A DNA stretch of 64,000 nt from the NCBI GenBank assembly GCA_001949185.1, contig BDGG01000027.1, positions 1 through 64,000 on the forward strand, read 5' to 3'. This DNA is from Ramazzottius varieornatus. Its lineage: Eukaryota > Animalia > Tardigrada. Positions 52,779 through 64,000 of this stretch are shown piece by piece (within the stretch, counting starts at the first letter, position 1; the number at the start of each line of letters is the position of its first letter). The notes under the pieces are model-generated. The model made no database searches. It worked only from the letters and a program-made list of their open reading frames with translations, and was not told the DNA's origin. Both the position numbers and the translations under genes were made by a program.

Positions 52779-55700
52779 ATGTTAACATCCGGTGGATCAT
52801 CCCATCGGGTATTAGTAACAGTGATCGTCATGGTCGCATCCACTATCTTTACCTCTTCGGCCCAGGTACGGTGAAGTTTGGATTTTTCTCAGCTGGTGTG
52901 TTTTTGCAGATGGGCGCTCATTTTTGTCTTTTTAGTTCCAGTCGCGACAAACTTCCACCGGTTCCGTTGTCACATGCAGCCAAGCGCTCTACACCGCGTC
53001 CATCAATGAAACAGCAGCTATTGGAACATTGGTCCTCACACCAACAGCAACCAACGCCAACAGCAACACCCTTGTCTGGTCCATCGACGATACGTCCCTT
53101 CAGAAGTTCACCATCAACCCCAGTACGGGAGCCATCAGTGTGGGAAGCCAGCTGGCGCGCTCCTTCGCTGTGGGACGTTCCGCTCTGGAATTTACCATCA
53201 AAGCTGCTGACTCGGTCAACCCATCCCAGGTACGTGCAAATTCCGATTTCTTTCATCGCTGAGATTACCGTAGAAAGAAGATCCATAACGCGGTCGGCCA
53301 CATCCCTTCCGTTTTGACAACATGTTTGGAACAAGAAAGGAGAACACTGGGTTTTTTTGCAGACGTGTCAGTCGACGGTCCGAATCAACATTATCCCAGT
53401 GGTAGCGCCCTCGGTCCCGTCTACCGGTAGCGGTTCGACCACCGGTTTCAGTCAGACTTCATTCACGTTGACGGCATCGAACTGTGCTGTTGGTGCTACC
53501 GTCGGACAAGTGGGCTCCGGCACCACCACCGGCAGCGGCTTTACCTATAGCCTGACCAGTCCCAACACTTACTTTTCCATCAGCTCTACCACCGGTATCA
53601 TCACCTTGCTGCAGATCCCGCCGGCTGGAACCTACTCGCTCACAGCCACATCGATATCTTCCAGTGGCGTGACTACATCGGTACCGGTTTCCATTACCAC
53701 AACGTGCAACGGCTTCGGCACTGGTACGCTAATGTTCGACGAACATGCTGGACATTCCGCACTGTTGAATAAAAAAACCCGTATTCTGGACAAGAAACTA
53801 ATCTTACTTACTTTAATTTAAAGTATTAACTTTCTGCACTGAATCAAACTTTATTGTCACCTTTTCTGCTTATTACAGATGAGAGTCATTCAATCTGGCG
53901 TTTTTGTACGGTTATTTGTACTCTCCCGGTGTGAACTGTTTCCTCCTGTTGTCTTATTAGGTACCGGCACAGGCTCCTTTCCTCAGTCCTCCTACTCGTT
54001 CACCGTTTCCAGCTGCCTCGTCGGTTCCACCGTCGGTCAAGTTGTTGTCTCGTTCAGTAGCGGTCTCGGCAACACCTACAGCTTGACCAGCCCTAACACC
54101 TACTTCTCCATCCAGTCTAGCACAGGCCTCATTACTCTGCTCCAAATTCCGCCCAGCGGCAGCTACACCGTCTTCGTCTCGACGGTCTCCCCCCTGACTG
54201 GGATCACTAGTTCGGTCCCTGTTACCATCACAGTGTCCTGTAACGGAGGTATAGGCACAACCGGCGTTACTTTCACACAGTCACCTTACACCTTCACACT
54301 GACCACATGCAGCCTGGGATCCTTCGTGGGCTCGGTCACGGGCTTCTCCACTACCGGCGGCATCCTGACGTATAGTCTGCTAACTCCTAACCAGTATTTC
54401 ACAATTAATCCAACCACAGGTACCTGACACCGTCAAATGACAGCCCGGGAAACAAGCTCAACAAGAACCTTTTCCAAGTGGCGCACGTTTCCACTGCTTC
54501 AATGTAGGCAATGCGCAGCAATCCCTCCATCCGGTTTGAAGTTTCGATTGCACGTTGTGTCAACTTTACTGTGTGCCATGTAGCGTAATTTGATTAGATT
54601 ACCTGTGCACCAGCTGGCGTAACAGTTAGTGGTCAACAAACTACTCAGCCATTGAAACCGGGTGGATGGCATTGTACTGGCCGACAGTATGCGCCACCTG
54701 GGATAGCGTCTGTTCGAGTCTGCATGCATAGGTCCCTAATAGCTGAAGAGTGCAACAGCAACTGATCTACTGTTCTATACAGGTCTCATCACAACCATCC
54801 AGATTCCGCCAACAGGTGCCACACAAAGCCTTCTCGTTCAAGCCACGTCTTCCACGGGCCAGACCGGCGTCGCCTCAGTCTCTGTGCTGTCCAGCTGTGC
54901 CAATACCGGTAGCGGTACAGGTACTGCTCTAACACCGACCTTCACCAACAGCAACTACCAGTTCACGGTGACCAGCTGCACACCTGGTGCGTTCATCGGA
55001 CAAGTCAGCGCCATCTCGCCCAATGGAGGGACAGTTACGTATTCCGTCAACAATGGCAATGGAATCTTCTCCGTCGACCCCACCTCTGGTCTCATTACGT
55101 CACTCAGTACTCCGACCATCGGCATACAGACCTTCTATGTCCAAGCTACGTCCTCGTTGGGCGGCACCGCTATCGCACCCGTCACCATCACCACATCCTG
55201 TAACGGTATGTCATTCCTATTACCGCGTATCACACAGTTAATATGCCAGCTGACCAACACATCAAAAAATGGTATGCAATAAGGGAATAGTAGCCTGCAG
55301 ACTATGGGTATCTTTACTTCAGCTTTTTGTGAATCCAAATTAACAATGCTATTGATTGAAAAGTAAAATGCGGACAGCTTGACCCAAAATGGTAGAAAAT
55401 ATTTTTCGGCTGGATTTCTAAAATGATAACAGTTTTCCATGCGCATGTTTATGACATCATACGAAAATATGCTGACCAATATATATACTTTACCGGACAG
55501 CCGTTCCGCATGCAAATTCATCTTTCATCCTACAGGTATCAATAATGGAATCAACAACGGTGGTGTCTTCTCTGGCATCGTCAGTCAAGGCACTGTTCCG
55601 ATCTTCAATCAGCCCTACTACACTTTCACCGTTACATCCTGTACCGCGGGGACCTCCGTCGGGCAAGTCTTTGCCAGCCCGGGTCTCGGTACCTTCCCGA

Positions 55701-57332
55701 CTATCGGTGTATCCACACCTATTCTATACTCTATCGACAACGGCAACCCTTACTACACCATCAACCCTACCACCGGCCAAATCACCCAGTCGGCGGTGCC
55801 CGTTGGAACTTCCCAGACGCTGACGGTCCGTGCACAGACCATCAACGGCTACACATCGTCCGTGCCCCTGACCATCACGTCCTCGTGTTCAGGTACAGAT
55901 CATACTGTAGAAATACGCCACTATCGAAAAACGCCTCGATTGATGGTTGAGAAAGTTTACAGCAGTATTGGGCAGACTGTCAGAAAGACTTGGTAAAGTG
56001 CGGCAAACTTGTTTTTTTTACTTTGATGAGATCGCTCTCGCGGTAGAACTGAACTTGGTCGCATACGATTCCACCTATCGTGCTTTCAGGGAGTCAAGGT
56101 ACCGCCGCCTACACTTTCACGTCCAGCAGCTGCACACCAGGTTCCGTCATCGGTCAGATTACTTCAGTAGCCTCCACTGGTACTACACCAACTTACTCGT
56201 TGGTCGGTAGCAACAGTCTTTTTGCCATTAGTCCCACCGGACAAATCACAGCAGTGGGCCAACAAGTCTCTGGGACACAGACCTTCCAAGTCCTCGCCAC
56301 CACCCCCGACGGTGGATCCGCCACCGCGTCCGTCACCGTTACATCAACATGTACCGGCACCAGCCCGTCTAACGCTCCTCTGGCCTTCGGACAGTCCCTG
56401 TACACATTCATCGCATCCAGCTGTAACGCGGGTAGTAATATTGGTCAAGTAACGGTGGGCAGTAACCCCACTGGTGGTACTTTGACTTACACGCTACAAG
56501 GCGGTAACAACCAGTTTAGCATCAACCCGATCACCGGTTCGATCTTGGCAGCCACGACATTGACGGGTGGCACTGCGTCCTTCACGGTAACGGCGGTGTC
56601 GTCCACGGGACAGAGTGGATCCGCCACAGTTACGGTCACTTCCAACTGCGGAAGTAACATACCTACTATCGGTGCAGGTTACCCCAACACCGGTTATCCA
56701 AACAACTACGGTCCATTGTATGGACCGACGTACGGTAACAATCAGCCAACCTATCCTAGTGGCGGTGGTGGTGGTTACAGCGGCAACTACGAACCAGCCC
56801 CGTACGCCAACCCTGGTTACAACACTGTACCAATCGGGCCTATTTATGGCGGACCTTCTGGACCAAACTATGGTGGAGGGTCGGCGTATAGAAACACAGC
56901 ATCGTACGGAAGTGGCGCACCTTATGCAGCTGGGTCTGGGGCGTATGCTGGTGGGAATTTCCTGACAAGTCGAAGCATGCCACCGCAGTTCAGGCAACCG
57001 GTTTATTCCTGCAGTTTACCGTGTAGCGCTACCGATGTTCAAAGAGCCTGCATACTAAAGGTAAATCTTTCGGTTCTTTTGGTGTGGTCACAGTTCACGG
57101 GCACACAAGTCTCTGTTTTTCTCGGTTACAGGCATCTAACGCGGCTCAGGATACTATAACATACACGCTGAACCCCTCGGACAAGTTTGAGATGGACCCA
57201 AACACGGGAGAAATACGAACGATTGGATTTGTCCGGATTGCAGGAACGTACCAGCTGACGGCTTCTGCAGCAGATCCGTTTGGCGGTACCACTACCGTAC
57301 CAGTAACCTTAACTGTTACCGGTTCATGCTAA
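52779..57332 (+). CDS. Secreted Ser/Thr/Gly-rich protein with about 9 cadherin-like repeats and a Gly/Tyr/Pro/Asn-rich segment
   Basis: Signal-peptide exon 52779-52865. Repeats follow the pattern FxQxxYxF...GxxVGQV...YSL...FxIxPxTGxI...VxVTI. The protein ends VTGSC* with no TM helix. Confidence 0.88.
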
Positions 57333-57854
57333 TTTATTTTGCAACGAGGTTTTGTATTTTCTGATTTACTCCCGTCTTCTCGTTGGTATCGACCGTACAC
57401 GCGCCTGGCCTCACTGGACAAAATATTTCGGCTTCTTCGGCTTCTGGTATAGGGACTCCGCTTTGTGATACCGTACTTCAATGCCGTACCTGTTGGTAGC
57501 GGAAACCGCCAACGATATCAAACTGAGTAGGTGCAAACGAAACTGGAAACTTGGCATGCCGTAAGGACCGAAAGTTTAAAGGCGGAGTAGTGCCAACAGA
57601 AAGTTGATGTAAAACCCAGAAAGGATCCATTCTCTGTGGACAGAGTAGTAATAGAGTTGGTATTCCACCGGATGTTCTGTTGAAAAGGTAAACCGGTATT
57701 ACTTAACGACATTTCGGTGATGCTGCTTCCGAAGTATGCAGTCAGAGCATTGCTGCGGTTTCTCTCTTTCTTCTTGCAACTGCTGAAGTTCGTCCCATTC
57801 CGCATACCACTGGCGGGCAGTATCCAGCACCGTAGGATGTTCAAGTTGACTAAA

Positions 57855-59851
57855 TCATTCCCTTTCGTACATAGTTTTTGGCCAGTGGTTTGTAAGGTCT
57901 CGATGGTCATTCGGCTTGAATGGCGAAGTCTGATCCAGACCCTTCGCATTGTTCAATATCGGATTGCGATCCTTTTGCGGGTCAACAGGTAGCGTTTGTA
58001 CCATAGGGACTTTAGTGTACGCAAGACCATTAGTCGTCCGAAAGTCCACCACGTCCTTTTCTGCTTTATGAGTGGTGACTTGAAGGTTCCTTCCGACCGC
58101 CCTTTCTGCATAGTCCTTAGAGTTCCATTTCTTGTAGTTCGAATGGAACTCGCTCTCGTGTTCTTCCAGTGTCGCTGAAAATCATAGAGTTCGGAGTTTT
58201 ATTTCACAAATTTCTGATATCGATGGTTCAGATGTAAGATTTACCGTTCAGCGGAAGAGCTGTTTTTATTCCACCCGTCTGTGATGGACGGATCGACTTC
58301 TCCTTGGCGTAAGGGTGGGCCGTATAGCTTTCTTGTTGCATGGTTTTAAAATCAGGCGGTGGATCGTCTTCCATGCCGAGAGGAATATTCCCGCGCTTCG
58401 GCTTAAACTGAGTTTCTTTCGGCGAATGATAGGCGTCGTTGCCGTACTACCCGAGAAAGCGAATATGTCGACTATTTACCATTTGTACAGTGTAAGCGTT
58501 GCCTACAACGGGACTCACATTTGGGTACGACTCGGACATAACGGAATGCTGATGTAGGTTTCTCGGCATGAAGTTGTCTTCGATCTGGCAGTTGTTCCAG
58601 ACAACAGTCAGTGGTCCATTTGCATCTGAATAATCACGTTGACCGAATCGATCTCGTTTGATGGCGTCCGCTGCGATAGAAAAATGATACTTCCTTTGCT
58701 TTACAGTTTGATGTCACTTTTTTACATGTGTCCTTGAAAGATGAACGAGCATCGTGAACGGCCTGACTTTCAGGCTTCGGCCATCCGACTCGAGAGTCCG
58801 TGTAAAAAAGGTTCGAACACGACGCTGGGGCAGAACCTCGATGCTCGGGAAGTGCCTGCTTCATCTCCTCCATAGTAAATGGCTTGTAAGATTTCTGAGC
58901 GTTGCTTTCAGGGCATCGAGGCTGATTTTCTTCAGTAAACAGAGACTTTCTAGGCTGAACTACAAGAAGAGCTTTCGTGAAATCAAGAAACCATGCCCAC
59001 ATCGGCACTGTACCCCATCATCTCGAGGTAACTCACCGCAAAGAATTTGAACTGGTCGGTGTAAGTTGAGTCCACCACTTTTCTCCCTGGTTTGGTGTAA
59101 GCCTCCTCATTATGCGCTGGGAAATCAGTCCTCGAGACAGTCTGCGACCGGAAAGCATCCCAGCCTTCTCCATCCAGTTGTTTCATGCAGGGCTTTATCT
59201 GGCCTGCTGCCAATCGACACGGAAGTAAAATGACTGACAGAATTAAAAACGAAAGAATGTGATGTCCAGCCTACCGGGTTTTGCCGTGGCGGGAACTGCC
59301 ATTTCTACATTTCTATGCTTCGGATAATCCAACGTATTCTTTGATACGAAATACTCTGTGTCAATCCATGGTGCGCCAATGGGCGCATGCTTCATCTGCT
59401 TCAACCTCGTCGCATGATCCAAAGCTTCCCTCTGTTTCTTCGGCAGCGGAACGAAGTCGTGTAGACTCGTCGTGTCTCCAAAGTTTGTCAAGCGATCATC
59501 CCCACCGAAGAAGTTCGGATTGAACCCTCGTGTACTGGACCATCGGAACTCACGCTCAGGTGGTTCAACTGGGATCTTGGCGAACTCAATCTGCGTCTCG
59601 CTGGCTGGTGCAGGCGCATTCTCGTACCGGAGGAGAACTTCGCCGGGACGACGCAAGCCGAGAGGATCAGGGTGGATGAGGTTGCTTGGCTGGTAGTAAG
59701 GATAATCTTTCTTGTATCCTGACTTCCACCGAGCTGGTCGGTCGGAGCCGTAATAGTTGAGGTCGCGGAGCTTGTCAACGGTTGTTCCCGGTATCTTGAC
59801 GGTTTCACGTAGGTCATCGTACAGTCGTGGAACCTGTTCACGGTTTGTCAT
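57855..59851 (-). CDS. Putative axonemal microtubule-inner protein (SAXO/TEX45-like, Mn-type repeats), 6 exons
   Basis: In-frame GT-AG exons carry recurring motifs KSGYKKDYP, TTSLHDFVP, TVSRTDFP, STYTDQF, SNAQKSYKP, SVMSESYP and TMQQESY. Confidence 0.6.
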
Positions 59852-60367
59852 GACACAAGGAACTTCAGTGTTGAAACCGAAACCTAAGTCTTATTACTCT
59901 TGTGAAGCGGATGGTAGCTGAGGGAACTGCAAAGTTGCTACGACGATAAAAGCTTCCGCCGGTACGATGTTCGACTACGGAATTGAAGAGCGTGTCTTCA
60001 AAACACTCAGTAGGAACAGCTTCCAACATCCTCGAAGATCTACCTGGAAGCTACAGAGCTTCATACCAGCAAGAAATTACGAAACAAGTGGTACCGGTAG
60101 CACCCACGTACTACATGGACTGTGACGTATTTTCCGCAGTGACGTCATGCAAGGAATGGTCGTTTTGAACGTTACGAGATTCCGCATACCGCGGCGAGTT
60201 CTCACGTCAACCGCATCTTATCATGCGGTATCTTTCGCACTTTACCCGACGACATCAACAAACTTCTTCACCGTATTAAATATATTCTGTGCAGTCGCCT
60301 GTTGGGAACATTCTCGGCAGTAGTGTTTTTCTCGGCTGCTTGGACATTGCATCCGCCGGATTCAGCC

Positions 60368-62888
60368 ATGATTGGGTTTACTTTGTCGTTCCCGTCGTTG
60401 CTCGCTACTGTGGCACTGCTTTATGCCGTGTATTATTGGTATCGTCACCGGAACATTCCAGGTGGACCTCGAGGCAAGTCCACCCCACTTTCGGCTTGCG
60501 CCTCCACAAGTCAGCTGTTTCAGAAAGTACTAGTATGGAATGATCGCTTAAACTTTGCAGGAGTACCTTTTATCGGTTACGCCCCATTCTTCGGAAGAAA
60601 CCCTCAGGACAAATTTCTTACATTTAAAGAGAAATATGGCAAAATGTTTAGCATATACCTTGGACCACGGTTGACTATTGTACTCAATGACTACGAAGCG
60701 GTCAAAGAAGCTTTCCTCGGACAGGCAGAAATCTTCAGCGGACGATCGCCGGGCTTTGTTTTTGAGTTCCTGTCTCTAGGAGAGGACGGAAAAACTCACG
60801 GTAAAAGTGACAGTCCCCGCCTCTCCTCTGCGAGTAAAACCGACTTGGGGTCGTATCATGAGTGTATCGAAAAACGTTATTCGTATACTAGAAGAGCTAA
60901 AAGTTATTCGTCACATTATTCAACCACACTAACATCTTTCTAAGTCAGCCGTATCGGAGCGGATTAGGATCATCGCTAGCAGCCGTTTTTCCCACAATAT
61001 ACTGTGGAGTGTAGACATCAAAATTCATCAAATGCTAATGGCCAGGGGAAACATTCTACGGTTTTCCATCTCATACAAAACTGTTCTCTAGGGATTCTGC
61101 TCGCGGAAGGAGAGAAGCTGAAAAAAACTCGGCGTTTCGTGCTACAGTCGCTGCGGGATTTGGGCATGGGCAAAAAGCGCATCCAAATCAGCATCCTGGA
61201 AGAAGCCGCTGTCTTAGTGGACATTTTTCGGAAGAATGCGGACCAACCATTCAATCCATTACCCACCTTGACAGCCAGCGTGGCTAATGTAATCTGCGCC
61301 TTATCCTGGGGTCGCCGATACGATCACGAAGACGAGGACTTCAAGAAAATCTTGTCGGGATTTGACATCATCCCGACGTTCCTTTCTCAAGCAAGCGTGC
61401 TGTTGGGCTATCCAATGCTGCGCCATCTGCCGGGCAAGTTAAGACGGTCGTGGGAAAATTTAGTAATTGCGGTACGCTGGAATCAGAAGTTCACGGATGG
61501 TATTATCGAGGAGCATATCAACGAGTACCAGGAGGGAGAACCGCGAGACTATGTGGATGCTTTTGTCAAGCAACAGCGAGCTGAAGTCGCAGCTGGAGTG
61601 GACATAGAGAACGATGAGAGTATATTCAACAGTACGTACGTATCGGTTAAAATACGGAAACTACGGTATAACCATAAAAAAAACTTTAACTGAACTCTCT
61701 TGAGACTCTCGAGTTGAGAGTCTTGGAACTTAAAAGTATTCCGGAACTGAAAATCACTTCGATTTTGAACAGTACACGTACGATGGGAAATTATGGCAAA
61801 GGCGGACACGACTGCAAAATGGAAATTCGACCGTAGAAAAGTGTCGAGAAGTGTATTTCCAGTGTATTTCCAACTCACACTGGTATTTCTGTGAATCTGT
61901 AGCGTACGTCAGTGCTTCCGTACCGCCGTAGCGAAAAAGCCCTGGCCCATAATTTCCCGTCGTACGTGTACCGTAAAGACACATGCGGACCAAACGAGAA
62001 GATTCTCTCTACTGCATGCCGTTTCTCTGCGTTTACAGTATTTACACTTACACAGTACGTAATGTTCTAACTCAAAGTTATATTGCAGAGGAGGAACTTC
62101 GAAAGACTGTCGGCTCATTCTTCGGTGCCGGTTCGGAGACGACGACCATGACTTTGTACTGGGCTATCCTGTTCATGGCTCATCATCAGGTCGTCCAAAA
62201 GCGCGTCCAAAAAGAGATCGCAGACAATATTCCCATGGGCGGACCAGTAACAGTGGAAGACAAAGGTAGGGACTGGTTTCGATGCGGATGTTATTTCGAT
62301 GGTTCTCAAGTCGAATACGTACCTCGCTTGCTATCTGTCGCATTACAGCAAAGCTTCCGTACGTCGAAGCGGTCTGCCGAGAGATTCAGCGCTGCGCCAA
62401 CGTTACACCTCTGGGTGTACTCCGATGCAATCTGGAAGAAACGACTCTGCTCGGGTACCGAATCCCCAAGCGAAGCAACATCATGGTAAATTTCTTGGCC
62501 ATCTTTCGCGACCCGGCCTTATGGGATGAGCCGTCGAGATTTATGCCGGAACGCTTCTTGGACAAGGAAGGGAAACTTTACGAGCCTCCCTTCTTTATGC
62601 CTTTCTCCATCGGTAGCTGCAAAACCAAAACCACCCCTCGCACTTTGCCTCACTAGTGAATTAACCGTCTGGTATTATATAGGAAAACGTGCCTGTATTG
62701 GAGAATCACTCGCTCGAATGGAAATCTTCCTGTTCTTCTCGAACATCCTGCAAAATTTCAACATCCTCCCGTGCGAAGAATTCCCGTTACCATCGCTAGA
62801 AGAGTACACCACCGGAATTTCCTGTCGACCGCTGCCTTACAAAATTCGATTGACCACGAGAGAGACTGATCCTTTCCACCGCGTCTAA
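60368..62888 (+). CDS. Cytochrome P450, CYP2 clan, canonical motifs
   Basis: TM anchor plus [48 protein letters not shown] and [11 protein letters not shown]. Confidence 0.96.
61772..61971. mobile_element. MITE with GTACACG ends in a CYP intron
   Basis: gtacacgtacgatgggaaattatgg / ccataatttcccgtcgtacgtgtac inverted repeat. Confidence 0.8.
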
Positions 62889-63019
62889 CTTATAAACGCC
62901 CAACATAGCGCATGATAAATTATTCATCTGGCATAAATTCTTTTCATTATCACAACAATATTGGCGTGAATAACAAAGAAGTTCGTGTTCAAAAGCAAAT
63001 AAAGGTGCTAAAAAACATC

Positions 63020-64000
63020 TTAGACTGAATTACTGATGTTCAGTTCTTTCGCAATGGAGTTTATCAAAGGAGCTTTACAAACCGCCGCCCAGCATTTCTT
63101 CGAATATCTGAACCACTCTTTCTCCGTCATGGGGATCCCTGGTGTAACACTTTCCATCGGCAGCGATCCCACCACTTCCTTCTTCAGTTTCTTCAACTGC
63201 AACCCGTGTTCCTCCTTTAAGTATTCCTCATGTTCCCCCACCATTGCTTCCGTGTCAGGTATGTTAAACATCTTCACAGGGTTCCTGCTTTCCTCCTCTT
63301 CGTCACTTCTCACAATTCTCATGAAGTTCTTCCTTTTCACCACCTGGTTATACCTCAACGGATAATCTTTCATCAGTTTCGCTATGGTCTCTTCAGCCAC
63401 ATACACGTTCTCACTATACAGTTCCTTCTCCCCACAGAAGTTATTCACAAAGATCAGCTCCGGCCAATGGTCCAACAGACTCGCTTCCGTCAGGGACTCT
63501 TTATGGACAGGCCCGAGTTTGAGCAAAGTTGCCATTCTAAGGAACCTCAACAAGCGCGGATCGGGTTGTTCTTTCATGACGACCAAGACTTTGTGACAGA
63601 CTGACAGTACAAAAGCCCCAAACATGATCGACTGTAACTCGACCGTGTGCTCTACGAACACATGCTCGGAAGAAACCGTTGGGGGTTTCCGATCACCAAT
63701 GATCATTTCTTCGAGGACGGACCCTGAGTACACCGGTTGAGCATCAAGAAAAATCGTGCGATGTTCTCGTGAAATGTAACAGTCGATACCTTCTGTACGA
63801 AACTTGCCCCAGGGTCTTCGAGGACCTTCGTTTGTACTCTGTTTGTGATCAGAGGTTTCGAACACGTCTTTGCGATCGATCAGGTGGGAGAGCACAGTAG
63901 ATTTACCTGTGCCTTGCAGGCCGATCACACCGACGACTTGATAGTTCGTGTTGAATGGATCGATGCCTTCGATGAGGTGTTCCAGCTGGGCGTCTTTCTT
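63020..64000 (-). CDS. SMG9: Nonsense-mediated decay factor SMG9 (5' part lies outside the window)
   Basis: VVGVIGLQGTGKST P-loop, TEGIDCYI, IFLDAQP, ELQS..FVLSVCHKVLVV and C-terminal MTEKEWF. Confidence 0.92.
   Translation of the reverse strand, partial: KKDAQLEHLIEGIDPFNTNYQVVGVIGLQGTGKSTVLSHLIDRKDVFETSDHKQSTNEGPRRPWGKFRTEGIDCYISREHRTIFLDAQPVYSGSVLEEMIIGDRKPPTVSSEHVFVEHTVELQSIMFGAFVLSVCHKVLVVMKEQPDPRLLRFLRMATLLKLGPVHKESLTEASLLDHWPELIFVNNFCGEKELYSENVYVAEETIAKLMKDYPLRYNQVVKRKNFMRIVRSDEEEESRNPVKMFNIPDTEAMVGEHEEYLKEEHGLQLKKLKKEVVGSLPMESVTPGIPMTEKEWFRYSKKCWAAVCKAPLINSIAKELNISNSV

Noticed and set aside
63020-64000. Intronless P-loop ORF as a possible horizontal transfer
   Set aside because: The motifs match the eukaryotic NMD factor SMG9.

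Overview
Eukaryotic, gene-dense animal DNA with short GT-AG introns; gene content and intron sizes suggest a tardigrade-like ecdysozoan (inference). About 20 spliced genes or pseudogenes occur, in order: the 5' end of an ANF-receptor/guanylate-cyclase-like gene, a 4-TM PPxY protein, an atypical CYP2-clan P450, phosphoglucomutase, a divergent CaMKK-like kinase, SAP18, two disrupted F-box paralogs, a PRDM zinc-finger gene, a triple-dsRBD protein, an SLC26/prestin-like transporter, OCRL/INPP5B, a COMM-only COMMD10-like gene, an MS4A-like protein, a clip+SPH+protease gene, a secreted cadherin-repeat protein, a SAXO/TEX45-like protein, a canonical CYP2 and SMG9. DNA transposon relics are abundant: a dead intron-containing PIF/Harbinger element, Tc1/mariner-type and piggyBac-type MITEs, and nested insertions. 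The most notable observations are: two mostly intronic hairpin-repeat families with fixed geometry; a 9-repeat secreted cadherin without calcium motifs; a P450 with a long N-terminal extension and altered catalytic motifs; and a Tc1-type excision footprint that frameshifts an F-box gene. Exon boundaries were read by eye and no database searches were run.
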